Positions 1 to 9,148 of a stretch of 44,889 nt of DNA are shown piece by piece. Every line of letters starts with the position of its first letter. Position 1 is the first letter of the stretch. Under the pieces are notes generated by a model. That model ran no database searches and had not been told where the DNA came from. It was given only the letters and a program-made list of their open reading frames with translations. Source of the stretch: Candidatus Woesearchaeota archaeon (GTDB lineage: Archaea > Nanobdellota > Nanobdellia > Pacearchaeales > GW2011-AR1); the NCBI GenBank assembly GCA_964655925.1, contig CAZZNU010000001.1, positions 1 to 44,889 of the forward strand, in the 5' to 3' direction. A program made the translations under genes and the position numbers.

Positions 1-110
1 ATAAAAATTTCTTTAGTTTTTATTTGTTCAATTTCTTTAAAACTAAAAATGTCTTCCATACAAATATAAAATAAAAATAAATATAAATATTAAATAAAAA
101 AATGGATAAA

Positions 111-638
111 TTAAGATGTTTTTTTCTTAGAACCTATTATTACCCAAAAAATCAATCCTACTATAACCAACAATGTTAGAATATTTCCTATTAGATTACT
201 ACTAGAACTAATCCATCCAGGTATTTTTTTATCTATTCCAGTAGCAAATAAAACCACACCTACAACAAAAAGTCCTGCCAACACCGATAGTGATATTTTC
301 AATCCCTTAGGTAATCCTTTACTTAAATCTCCCTCTATAAATCCATATAATATGAAAAATACCAACAAAACTGACAACCCAACAGCAAGCCAAGGTAAAA
401 TTGAAACCACGACATCTCTTGGAGTAGGAAATGCAATCAATAAAAATGCCATACACAACCCTATTAAAGAATTAATTTGATGCTTATTCTCTCCAAAAAG
501 TTTCGACTTCTCTAAAATAGCAAATATTAAAACAAACACTAGTATAAATGGTAGCGCCATTTCAAGTAAAAATTGTGATGCGAACATAGTACAAATTACA
601 ATAATAAGTTTATATATTTTTCTAGGATTTTTAGACAA
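111..638 (-). CDS. Hypothetical integral membrane protein
   Basis: 175-aa ORF with several long hydrophobic stretches (LIIVICTMFASQFLL, LPFILVFVLIFAIL, LLVFFILYGFI, LFVVGVVLFA, LLVIVGLIFWVIIG). No recognisable catalytic motif. Confidence 0.45.
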   Translation of the reverse strand: MSKNPRKIYKLIIVICTMFASQFLLEMALPFILVFVLIFAILEKSKLFGENKHQINSLIGLCMAFLLIAFPTPRDVVVSILPWLAVGLSVLLVFFILYGFIEGDLSKGLPKGLKISLSVLAGLFVVGVVLFATGIDKKIPGWISSSSNLIGNILTLLVIVGLIFWVIIGSKKKTS

Positions 639-645
639 TATTTAC

Positions 646-2175
646 TTAATCATCTATTGTTTTTTGTAGCCCATTTTTCCTAATATCTTCTATTATTTTA
701 TGCATCCTTTTCTCTTTATTGTATGAAGAATAGTAGTAGATTTCGTCCTTTGTTGATTTTGTAATTAAGACTTTTAATTCACCAGAAGACATTCTAGCCG
801 TTCTACCTGTTCTTTGAATTTTCCTTATTGCCGAAGGAACTGGCTCATAAAAAACAACTAGAGAAACTTCTGGAATATCTAATCCTTCCTCAGCAATAGA
901 TGTAGCAAGTAAAACATTTATAACACTACTTTTAAATTTTTCAATCATCTCTTTTTGCTCTTTTTGCTTCAAACCTGTCTTCACACCACGCGTATTTTCT
1001 TTCATTGCTTGTCCAACAAAAATTCCAGCTCTTACACTTTCTACTTCTTTTAAAAATTCTTTTATTTTATTAATCGTTTCCCTATATTGAGCAAAGACTA
1101 TTATTTTTGAAGACGGTGTTTTTTCTAGTGTTTCATAAACTATTTTTCTTAGCTCATACAGCTTTGGATGTTCTTTACCCAAACTCAAAGCTAAACTATA
1201 TGCTTTTGAGAACCTAACATCACTGGTTATTTTTTTTACAGCCCTTGATTGATTTTCTGAAGATTGCTTATATAAACCTCTCATATATTCTACAAAAGAA
1301 CCAACAGTTTGAGTTTCTATTAATTCTATTGCATGAGATATCTTTAATGCTTGGGCACATAAAGAGACACCAATCATAGTGTTTCCATCCTTACGCTTTC
1401 TTAAATCAGACATAAATCTATTCTGCAATTTTAATAACATAACTTTGTTTGCATATCCGAATAGTAATTTCCTATTTTTTAATTCATTAATTTTGTCATC
1501 ATATATTCCATCCAACAATATTTTAATTTCCATTAATTCAGCTGGGAATTCCACGAATATTTTTTCAAATTCTAACTCTTGTAAATATGGTTTCACATCT
1601 GCTGATAACCTAGTTCTAATTTCTACTTTTTCAATATTCATATTTGAACAAACACTGTTTATTGTAGTTTTATCTCCACCAGGAGACGCAGTAAGTGCCA
1701 AAATTTGTCCATTTTCATTTTGTACTTTGTACCTTGTGGCTATCTTATTATATGAATAATTTTTTAAACACCTGTGGGCCTCATCAAAAACAACCAAAGA
1801 AACATCTTTTAAATCATACAGATCTTTTTGAACATCATTATTTATACACTGAGGCGTCGAGAATATAAATTCTGCCGTTTGCCAAATCTTTTTTCTATTT
1901 GAAGAATTGGTTTTCCCCGTAAACAATTGCATGTCTGCCCATCCATCTGGGAAGCTCTCTTTGAATGAATTTAAATGTTGTTCAATTAATGGACGAGTAG
2001 GAGCCATTATTAAAATTTTTTTTAATGGTTCTCTGATAAATTTGTACTCCGCAACCATCATAGCTATCAATGTTTTTCCTGTTCCAGTTGGAAGTATGAC
2101 TAAAGAATTCTTGTCTTTAACAGATTCAAAAATATTACTCTGATAACCTCTAGGGGTAATTGACAAACCTCTCAT
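646..2175 (-). CDS. SF2 DEAH-box helicase, Hef/FANCM/Mph1-like helicase module without a nuclease domain
   Basis: Motif I ILPTGTGKT, motif II VVFDEAHRC, motif III LTASPG, motif VI IQRTGRTAR. Length 509 aa, and no ERCC4-type C-terminal domain. Confidence 0.8.
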   Translation of the reverse strand: MRGLSITPRGYQSNIFESVKDKNSLVILPTGTGKTLIAMMVAEYKFIREPLKKILIMAPTRPLIEQHLNSFKESFPDGWADMQLFTGKTNSSNRKKIWQTAEFIFSTPQCINNDVQKDLYDLKDVSLVVFDEAHRCLKNYSYNKIATRYKVQNENGQILALTASPGGDKTTINSVCSNMNIEKVEIRTRLSADVKPYLQELEFEKIFVEFPAELMEIKILLDGIYDDKINELKNRKLLFGYANKVMLLKLQNRFMSDLRKRKDGNTMIGVSLCAQALKISHAIELIETQTVGSFVEYMRGLYKQSSENQSRAVKKITSDVRFSKAYSLALSLGKEHPKLYELRKIVYETLEKTPSSKIIVFAQYRETINKIKEFLKEVESVRAGIFVGQAMKENTRGVKTGLKQKEQKEMIEKFKSSVINVLLATSIAEEGLDIPEVSLVVFYEPVPSAIRKIQRTGRTARMSSGELKVLITKSTKDEIYYYSSYNKEKRMHKIIEDIRKNGLQKTIDD

Positions 2176-2197
2176 CTTTAAAGAAAATTAAAACGCT

Positions 2198-2491
2198 TTA
2201 TAACATTTCTGTATCGTCTGAGCCAATCACATCATCTTCTGTCTTTTGGACAGGAATTGCGTTTTTACTAACAATAATTATATCACCAATTGCTTTAATA
2301 AATTGATGAGGAACTATTATTCCCCTCGCACCACCTAGTAAACTCAACATAGTAACATCCCTTGCAACTATTCTCCAAGAATCTACTTTATTCCCAATAA
2401 TACTTACCTCTTCAATCTTCCCAAAGAATTCTCCATTATCTGTATAAACTTGTTTATCGAGCATATCCGCAAGCTTCTTTATTCTTAACAT
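2198..2491 (-). CDS. PRC-barrel domain protein
   Basis: 97 aa. The pattern VYTDNGEFFGKIEEVSI...KVDSWRI...IIVPHQFI is typical of small archaeal PRC-barrel proteins. Confidence 0.6.
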   Translation of the reverse strand: MLRIKKLADMLDKQVYTDNGEFFGKIEEVSIIGNKVDSWRIVARDVTMLSLLGGARGIIVPHQFIKAIGDIIIVSKNAIPVQKTEDDVIGSDDTEML

Positions 2492-2554
2492 AAAATCTAT
2501 TATTGCATTTGATTTAAATACATTTCTATTATAAAAAATACATTAACAAAATTA

Positions 2555-3064
2555 TTAGATTAAATCATGGAATTTATTTGGTAAAAGTCCACTATCATTG
2601 CAATGGTATACTTTATGAAACAATTCGTTTGAATACAAATTCAACTTAAGATTGAAGCTTTTTATTAATTTTTTATTATCTTTACTTATAACTAACTGTG
2701 GTGGCTTAAATTCTGTAGGATAAAAACCAAAACAATCATAGAAAATATCAATTCCTTCTTGAATTTCTTCATTTGATATATTACCATTAAATTCTTCATA
2801 TGTGTGTTTAATCCCATGTAACTGCAAAGTTTTATTCATAGAAAGTATGTAGTCACACCAAACTCTAGATTCGTTTATGGAAATATCATTAAACTTCGGA
2901 ACTACATAAAATACATCTGCTTTGTCTAATTCAATTCTGCTACAATTCATATACGGATTAACATCATCTATTTGTCTAGGGGATAACACCCTAACTGTTA
3001 AAACTAAAACTAACGAAATTAAGAAAAACAATAAAAAAACTAATGGTATTTTCCACAACTCCAT
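2555..3064 (-). CDS. Hypothetical membrane-anchored protein
   Basis: 169-aa ORF with an N-terminal hydrophobic helix (IPLVFLLFFLISLVLVLTV). The rest is soluble and contains several Cys. No family recognised. Confidence 0.4.
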   Translation of the reverse strand: MELWKIPLVFLLFFLISLVLVLTVRVLSPRQIDDVNPYMNCSRIELDKADVFYVVPKFNDISINESRVWCDYILSMNKTLQLHGIKHTYEEFNGNISNEEIQEGIDIFYDCFGFYPTEFKPPQLVISKDNKKLIKSFNLKLNLYSNELFHKVYHCNDSGLLPNKFHDLI

Positions 3065-3085
3065 CTAACTAAGTACATTATTTAT

Positions 3086-4450
3086 TTAAGCTCCGAAAAA
3101 GTTTTTCATCTTTGGGTTCATTTCTAGTGCATATTTCTGCGCAATATTTTGATACATTTGGTATAATATCATTATTGCTAATAATATTGCAGTTCCAGCA
3201 ACCAACGAACCAAAAAGATCTGCTACGCTTGCTAAAAGTCCAATAGCTAACCCACCCATAATCGTTAAAGGCTTTACATACCTTGATAATATACTTTCTA
3301 AAACTCTTTCATCTTTTCTAAATCCAGGAATGCTTAATCCACTTTCCATTATTTTTCTTGCCTGGCTTTTTGCATCAAGCTCACTTGTTGTAACCCAAAA
3401 AAATGCAAACAAAACAGAAAAACCACAATAAAATAAGATGTGAAGAAACCCTTGAAGCAGTATTCTCCATTGAAATGTATTTGTAATTACAGCGTTTAAA
3501 ATATTTGTAGAACCTATCCAATAAGCAAAACCAGCAACTGCAATACCATTCTGAAAACTACCTAAAAATGTTGGATGACCTAACCAATTTTGAAGTAGCC
3601 CACCAAATAGCTGTAGTGTGGCTGTTAGAGAAGAAACTAAAATAACTGGAATAACTCCTGTATAAAAAAAGTTCATTGGCCACTTTATATTATATCCTCT
3701 AATTCTATCATAAGAAAGTGGAATCTCTACTTTCAAACTTTGTGCAAAAACTACTATGAAAAATAGTATAAGAGTTATAAGAATAGGAACAAAAGATGTC
3801 ATCGCACCAGTAACATCATTATTTGCAAAAGAAGAAATCATGGACAATAACTTACCACTCAAAGCAAATTCTCCGGTTGGACCAATAAATTGGAATAATT
3901 GGGCAAATAATCTCCAAGCAATTCCACCTACTATAAACAATGAAATTCCACTACCTAGTCCCCATTTTTGCACAATTTCATCCATAAACAATATTAGAAG
4001 ACCACCAATACATAATTGTAATATTACTATGAACTCTTTGCCTGGCATTGAGGAAATCCCTCCCATAAAAACATAAATCATCGATTCAAATACTATAAAA
4101 GCTATGGATAACAATTTTTGTAATCCTTGAAAAAACTTTTTCCCTTCTTCACTACTTGTATCTATTTTTAGAATTTGCGCTCCAACTAATAATTGTAAAA
4201 TAATAGAAGCCATTACAATTGGACCAATACCTAAACTAATAATAGAACCAAAACTTGTTCCTAATAATATAGCTAAATATTCAAAATTACTCAAAGCATT
4301 AGAACTAATTCCATACATTGGAATATTTGCCAAAACAAAATATGCCAATAAAACTATAATTGTCCATTTTAAAGCAACCTTGAAGTCAACTTTCTTCTCA
4401 GTAGGTCCAACTACCTCCGGTAGACTTTTTAAAAAATCCTTGAAAGCCAT
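3086..4450 (-). CDS. secY: Preprotein translocase subunit SecY
   Basis: 454-aa polytopic membrane protein with SecY-like organisation (GIGPIVMASIILQLL in the TM2 region, C-terminal LLAIMILYQ). It lies divergent from SRP54. Confidence 0.9.
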   Translation of the reverse strand: MAFKDFLKSLPEVVGPTEKKVDFKVALKWTIIVLLAYFVLANIPMYGISSNALSNFEYLAILLGTSFGSIISLGIGPIVMASIILQLLVGAQILKIDTSSEEGKKFFQGLQKLLSIAFIVFESMIYVFMGGISSMPGKEFIVILQLCIGGLLILFMDEIVQKWGLGSGISLFIVGGIAWRLFAQLFQFIGPTGEFALSGKLLSMISSFANNDVTGAMTSFVPILITLILFFIVVFAQSLKVEIPLSYDRIRGYNIKWPMNFFYTGVIPVILVSSLTATLQLFGGLLQNWLGHPTFLGSFQNGIAVAGFAYWIGSTNILNAVITNTFQWRILLQGFLHILFYCGFSVLFAFFWVTTSELDAKSQARKIMESGLSIPGFRKDERVLESILSRYVKPLTIMGGLAIGLLASVADLFGSLVAGTAILLAIMILYQMYQNIAQKYALEMNPKMKNFFGA

Positions 4451-4563
4451 AGAAGAATACCTAAAAAGTAATTTATAAATATTTGTTTAATAAATATCGA
4501 CGAACCTTATTTTTTAAAAAACAGACAAGAAAAGAATAAAAATACATCTAAATTAGTTATAGT

Positions 4564-5937
4564 ATGGTTTTAGAAAAAATTGGAGAATCAATAAAAAAGG
4601 GAATCACACGTATTGGAAATGCTATTGTTCTAGATAAAAAAATGATTGATGATATCATTAAAGACATTCAAAGAGCATTAATAGAATCCGATGTGAATAT
4701 TGATTTAGTATTTGGTTTAACTCAAAAAATAAAAAAGATAGCATATGATGAAAATATTCGTGGAATTGATAAAAAAGAACAACTAATTAGCCTAATTCAT
4801 GATGAAATATTAAAGATTTTAGGACAGGAAACAAAAGAATTAAAGTTAGATAAAAAAACAACCATCTTGTTCACTGGACTTTACGGTTCTGGTAAAACCA
4901 CAAGCATTGCTAAAATAGGGTTCTATTATGCAAAAAGAGGTCGAAAAGTTGCATTAGTGGGATTAGATACAGATAGACCAGCTGCAATGGAACAATTAGA
5001 GCAAATGGCTCAGAAAGTAAAACTAAAATCTTTTATAGACAAAGAAGAAAAAGATCCAATTAAAATTTACAAAAAAATATCTAAAGAACTTGAAGACTAT
5101 AATTTAGTTTTAATAGACAGCGCTGGAAGAGATGGGCTAAATAAGGATTTAATTAAACAAATAGAAAAAATAGACAAAACTGTTGAAGCTAATTATAGAA
5201 TTTTAGTAATGAGTGCTGATATGGGACAATCTGCTAAAACGCAAGTTGAAAAATTTAAAGAGGCGTTAAAAATAGACGGGATAATTATAACAAAAATGGA
5301 TGGTACATCAAAAGCAGGTGGAGCATTGACTGCATGTGTTGAAACATCCTCCCCTATATACTTCATAGGAACTGGAGAGTATATACACGACATAGAAATA
5401 TTCAATCCAAAAAATTTCATTAATAACCTTTTAGGAATGGGAGATTTGTCTGGGCTATTAGAAAAAGTTAGAACGATGAGTGATGAAAAGCAAATGAAAA
5501 GGACAACCCAAAGACTAGAAGAAGGAAAATTTACACTTCTTGATGTCTATTCTCAATTAGAGCAAATGAATTCTATTGGTTCAATGGACAAAATACTTTC
5601 TATGATTCCTGGATTTGGAAATGTCTCTAGCAAAATCTCAAAAACAGATATGGAAAAGCAGAGTAAAAAACTAAAAAATTGGAAATCTGCAATTAATTCT
5701 ATGACAGAAGAAGAAGTTGAAAACCCTGAAATATTAGAAAAACAAACTTCAAGAATAAGTAGAATTGCAAAAGGCAGTGGTACAACCACTAGCGAAATAA
5801 GAATGCTACTTAAACAGTATAAACTTCTAAAAGAAATGATTTACAGTTCAAGCAGTGAAAAAATCGCTAGTGGACAAATAGACAAAAGAATGATGCAAAA
5901 AATTGCTAGACAGATGAAAGGAAAGGTAAAACTTTAA
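4564..5937 (+). CDS. srp54: Signal recognition particle protein SRP54
   Basis: SRP GTPase motifs GLYGSGKTT, DTDRPAA, DSAGR and TKMDGTSKAGGAL, followed by a Met-rich M domain. Confidence 0.92.
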   Translation: MVLEKIGESIKKGITRIGNAIVLDKKMIDDIIKDIQRALIESDVNIDLVFGLTQKIKKIAYDENIRGIDKKEQLISLIHDEILKILGQETKELKLDKKTTILFTGLYGSGKTTSIAKIGFYYAKRGRKVALVGLDTDRPAAMEQLEQMAQKVKLKSFIDKEEKDPIKIYKKISKELEDYNLVLIDSAGRDGLNKDLIKQIEKIDKTVEANYRILVMSADMGQSAKTQVEKFKEALKIDGIIITKMDGTSKAGGALTACVETSSPIYFIGTGEYIHDIEIFNPKNFINNLLGMGDLSGLLEKVRTMSDEKQMKRTTQRLEEGKFTLLDVYSQLEQMNSIGSMDKILSMIPGFGNVSSKISKTDMEKQSKKLKNWKSAINSMTEEEVENPEILEKQTSRISRIAKGSGTTTSEIRMLLKQYKLLKEMIYSSSSEKIASGQIDKRMMQKIARQMKGKVKL

Positions 5938-6572
5938 TGGATAATGAGATTTTTAGGGGAGCCGAAGCAATAATAACTCTTGAAAATAACATTATAAAAA
6001 AAGAGAGAATTAGAAAAAGTTATAGAAACGAAAAAATAGATGAAGATATTAGAAAGAAAAGAACAAAACAAGAAGCAAAAATACTAGCAAAGGCAAAGGC
6101 GTTCTCTATTAATGTCCCACAAGTTCTCGATTTAGACAAAAAAAACATTCCTGTTGAAAAATACATTATAAAAATGGAATATATCAAAGGAGATAAAGTC
6201 TCTGAAAAATTAAACGATTATGAAATTCAAAAACAATATAATGTTATGAGAAAACTCGGGAAAGAAGTCTTTAAATTACATTTAAACAATATAATACATG
6301 GAGATTTAACCACTTCTAATGTAATACTAAGAGATAATGAAGTTTTTATCATAGACTTTGGTCTAGGATTTTTCTCTTCAAAAATAGAAGATAAAGCAGT
6401 AGATTTACATCTAATAAAACAAGCATTAGAAGCAAAACATTATGAAAATTATCAAAGATTATTTTTTGAGTTCTTAGAAGGATACGATGGAGATGAGGAG
6501 CTTAGAATTAAAGTAATAGAACATTTAAGAAAAGTAGAATCAAGAGGTAGATATAAGAAAAGGGTTGGTTAA
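5937..6572 (+). CDS. bud32: Bud32/PRPK-type atypical kinase (KEOPS subunit)
   Basis: 211 aa with GAEAII at the N-terminus, catalytic loop HGDLTTSNVIL and IIDFGLG. Its start overlaps the srp54 stop (TAATG). Confidence 0.8.
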   Translation: MDNEIFRGAEAIITLENNIIKKERIRKSYRNEKIDEDIRKKRTKQEAKILAKAKAFSINVPQVLDLDKKNIPVEKYIIKMEYIKGDKVSEKLNDYEIQKQYNVMRKLGKEVFKLHLNNIIHGDLTTSNVILRDNEVFIIDFGLGFFSSKIEDKAVDLHLIKQALEAKHYENYQRLFFEFLEGYDGDEELRIKVIEHLRKVESRGRYKKRVG

Positions 6573-6581
6573 AATAAAAAA

Positions 6582-6654
6582 TAGCCCCGCGCGGATTCGA
6601 ACCGCGGCCGCTGGGACCAAAACCCAGAATCCTTGACCACTAGACTACGGGACT
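6582..6654 (-). tRNA. tRNA-Gln (anticodon TTG)
   Basis: The reverse complement folds by hand into a cloverleaf: AGTCCCG TA GTCT AGTGGTCAA GGAT T CTGGG TTTTGGT CCCAG CGGC CGCGG TTCGAAT CCGCG CGGGGCT A. It has a 7-bp acceptor stem and a TTCGAAT T-loop. No CCA is encoded. Confidence 0.9.
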
Positions 6655-6702
6655 GTATAGTTTAGTATAAATATTAAGTTAAAAAGGTTTTTGTTTAAAA
6701 TA

Positions 6703-7926
6703 TCATCTCATTATGCCATCCCACTCTGTACATAACATCTCTTTTTCACTTTCTTTATCTTTTCTTGGCCACTTCACTTTAGCCTCTAATTTATCAATTA
6801 TATCTTCATCCCACTGATAAAAAATCAGTTGAGTATATGAATAATCATTTTCTTCAGCTACTCCTGTTCTATAAGTAAGAGTGCTAATTGTTATAAAAAA
6901 ATCTCCTGAATTAGGATTAATGTATTCTGGAAGCGCGATATTATGTCTCATTTTTTCAAATGCTTTTTTTGTTTCCTCTATTTCTATCCCACCTTTGTAA
7001 GGTATATAAAGCAATTTTCTTATTACATAAGTTTTTTTAAAGGTCTTGTAATCTAAATCATCACAAATTTTGTCAGCATCAGAGATTTTTGACCCAGTTT
7101 TTTTATTGATTATATTTATAGTTGGATTACCTTTTGCTATATCTCCAATGTTGTAACTATCCCACTTTTCTGTATAAACATCATCAATTGGATAATCCAC
7201 CTTTATAACATAGTTTTCTATTATACTCCCTCTACACATTAAAGAATAATTTTCTGTAACTAAATAATGTCCAGATTTCCCAACAGAATAATTTTTGCTA
7301 AAACCCATTGCTCCCCCTATCGTTATATATGGAACTTTAGAGATACTCTCTTCATAATTGGTCTGAAACCTATCTAGGTATATTTCTTCTGCTATTATTG
7401 GATTTAACCCACCCGCTGTTAAGTATTGCTTATATGATGTATCATGTCCTTTTATTTTTTTATTCATCGCATCCTTAATATTAATCTCATTTTCTCCCAT
7501 GTAGAAACTTTTTACACTGTCTTTAAATGTGATTCTTGCGCACGGATAACAACTAGAAAAAGAACCTCCTGAAAATATTGATTTTGATGGATAAATATTA
7601 TAATTCCCTTGTCCAAATAGACTCCAGCATTCTGCCATCTGCATCATTATTTCTTTTTCGGCCCTATCCTTATCTTTGTAGTCTATAGTTACAACATTCG
7701 TAGAACATTTTAATGGATACATCTCTTTAAATTTTATCCAATTTACTCCTGCAAAATCCATATTAGGTAGTGTGTTTCTCAAAATAATACTTTGTTGACA
7801 AACCTCTTTGCTTGCAGTATCTTCAGTAAAGAATTCTTGAAACAGCCAAAACATCCCGATAGATAATACAATTAACGAAAGAATTAATCCAACTATAAAA
7901 TATGGTTCTATCCCTCTCTTATTCAT
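6703..7926 (-). CDS. Hypothetical secreted/anchored protein with class III (prepilin-like) signal peptide
   Basis: The N-terminus MNKRG/IEPYFIVGLILSLIVLSIG fits a short basic leader, Gly, then a hydrophobic helix. The 407-aa body contains several Cys. No family recognised. Confidence 0.5.
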   Translation of the reverse strand: MNKRGIEPYFIVGLILSLIVLSIGMFWLFQEFFTEDTASKEVCQQSIILRNTLPNMDFAGVNWIKFKEMYPLKCSTNVVTIDYKDKDRAEKEIMMQMAECWSLFGQGNYNIYPSKSIFSGGSFSSCYPCARITFKDSVKSFYMGENEINIKDAMNKKIKGHDTSYKQYLTAGGLNPIIAEEIYLDRFQTNYEESISKVPYITIGGAMGFSKNYSVGKSGHYLVTENYSLMCRGSIIENYVIKVDYPIDDVYTEKWDSYNIGDIAKGNPTINIINKKTGSKISDADKICDDLDYKTFKKTYVIRKLLYIPYKGGIEIEETKKAFEKMRHNIALPEYINPNSGDFFITISTLTYRTGVAEENDYSYTQLIFYQWDEDIIDKLEAKVKWPRKDKESEKEMLCTEWDGIMR

Positions 7927-7963
7927 ATTTGTTTAATAATAAAGACATTTAAAATTCTGTCGG

Positions 7964-8033
7964 TTAACGGTGGACGGTTGACAGTTTACTGTTTACGGTC
8001 GACGGTTTACGGTCTACAGTTGACAGTTTACAT
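7964..8033 (+). repeat. Heptanucleotide tandem array A (10 units, GTTKACN family), intergenic
   Basis: Read directly, register shifted by one relative to GTTKACN: TTAACGG TGGACGG TTGACAG TTTACTG TTTACGG TCGACGG TTTACGG TCTACAG TTGACAG TTTACAT. It abuts the NAC stop codon at 8034. Confidence 0.85.
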
Positions 8034-8366
8034 CTATGCCACCAAATTAACAATTGCCTCAGCTATGTCGTTATCGTATTTTTTTAGTGCTTCAATTACT
8101 TCGTCTCGTTGCTTGTTTGTTTGAGACATAACCATTTCAATATCTTCTTCACTTATTTTGAGCTCATTTTCTTCTAACTCTGCGTGTCCCGTTATTTGAT
8201 AACTTTCTTGTCCGTGCATCATAATTTTTAGAATATCAGGATTTTCTATTACTAAATTTCCTTCAGGTGTCTCAAAGATAACTCTAGAAGCATTTATAGG
8301 AACTTGAGAAATTCCCATCTTTTTCATCATTGCTTGCATTTGTTTTGGGTTAATATTTGGAATCAT
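8034..8366 (-). CDS. nac: Nascent polypeptide-associated complex protein (archaeal NAC)
   Basis: 110 aa with NAC-domain N-terminus (NPKQMQAMMKKMGI...V.I....) and a C-terminal UBA-like segment (RDEVIEALKKYDNDIAEAIVNL). Confidence 0.85.
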   Translation of the reverse strand: MIPNINPKQMQAMMKKMGISQVPINASRVIFETPEGNLVIENPDILKIMMHGQESYQITGHAELEENELKISEEDIEMVMSQTNKQRDEVIEALKKYDNDIAEAIVNLVA

Positions 8367-8512
8367 CTTATAAAAAAGTGCAGTATGATTTCTAAAATAA
8401 CAGTAGCAACTACCATTCCCATTACAACACTTGGTTTTAACTTAAATCTAGAATTATACTCTTCGCTATAACGAGTCAATCCACCAAAAGAGGGCATTCT
8501 AATTTCAGCCAT
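8363..8512 (-). CDS. secG: Preprotein translocase subunit Sec61beta (SecG), 49 aa; not in the ORF track
   Basis: Hand translation gives MAEIRMPSFGGLTRYSEEYNSRFKLKPSVVMGMVVATVILEIILHFFIR. This matches the archaeal Sec61beta pattern: GL-x-RY-x-E, then KP..V, then a single C-terminal TM. Its stop overlaps the NAC start (ATGA). Confidence 0.7.
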   Translation of the reverse strand: MAEIRMPSFGGLTRYSEEYNSRFKLKPSVVMGMVVATVILEIILHFFIR

Positions 8513-8629
8513 AAGTGATTATGTTATCCATCCTTTAAAACTTTTTCTAAAATAATTTGTAATTTATAAGTGATTATCATACTGTAATATAAAAATATTT
8601 AAAAACTTTTGAAATTTTAAATTATTCAT

Positions 8630-8677
8630 ATACAATAAGTTGTATTAAAAACGACTACAAACTACAACATATTGTAA
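8630..8677 (+). promoter_or_regulatory. Two tandem NrdR-box-like 16-bp palindromes upstream of nrdR-nrdD
   Basis: Box 1 is ATACAATAAGTTGTAT (8630-8645), with perfect 6-bp arms. Box 2 is CTACAACATATTGTAA (8662-8677), with 5 of 6 arm positions matching. The centres are 32 bp apart, about three helical turns. Box 2 ends 21 nt before the nrdR ATG. Confidence 0.6.
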
Positions 8678-8698
8678 TTATTAAAAAGAGGTAATAAA

Positions 8699-9148
8699 AT
8701 GCTCTGTCCATATTGCAACAATGAAGATACAAAAGTTACAGATAAAAGAGATAATGACTCAGTAACTAGACGGAGGCGTGAGTGCCTAAAATGTTCAAAA
8801 AGGTTCACAACTTATGAAAGAATAGAAATGAATTTATATGTTCTAAAAAAAAATGGTTCTAAAGAAAAATTTGACAGAGAAAAACTTTACAGTGGAATTT
8901 CAAAATGTTTAGAAAAAAGAAAGTTTGAAGATGAGGAAATATCAAATATTGTTGATAAAATAGAGTCAAGAATCTACAAATTAGCAAAAGATAAAGATAT
9001 TGAATCAAAAAAAATAGGAGAAATAGTAATGTCTGAACTAAAAAAAATAGACAAAGTAGCATATTTACGGTTTTCAGCAGTGTATAAAGGGTTTGAAAGT
9101 TTAGAAGATTTTGAGAAGGAGTTGGAGGATTTAAAAAATGGTAAGTAA
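8699..9148 (+). CDS. nrdR: Transcriptional repressor NrdR (zinc ribbon + ATP-cone)
   Basis: N-terminal CPYC...18 aa...CLKC zinc ribbon with RRRREC, followed by an ATP-cone (KKNGSKEKFDREKL...VAYLRFSAVYKGF). GAGGT lies upstream of the ATG. Confidence 0.9.
   Translation: MLCPYCNNEDTKVTDKRDNDSVTRRRRECLKCSKRFTTYERIEMNLYVLKKNGSKEKFDREKLYSGISKCLEKRKFEDEEISNIVDKIESRIYKLAKDKDIESKKIGEIVMSELKKIDKVAYLRFSAVYKGFESLEDFEKELEDLKNGK

Noticed and set aside
1-59. Possible start of a minus-strand gene running off the left edge (ATG at 57-59, MEDIFSFKEIEQIKTKEIF...).
   Set aside because: Only 19 codons are visible, which is not enough to support a call.
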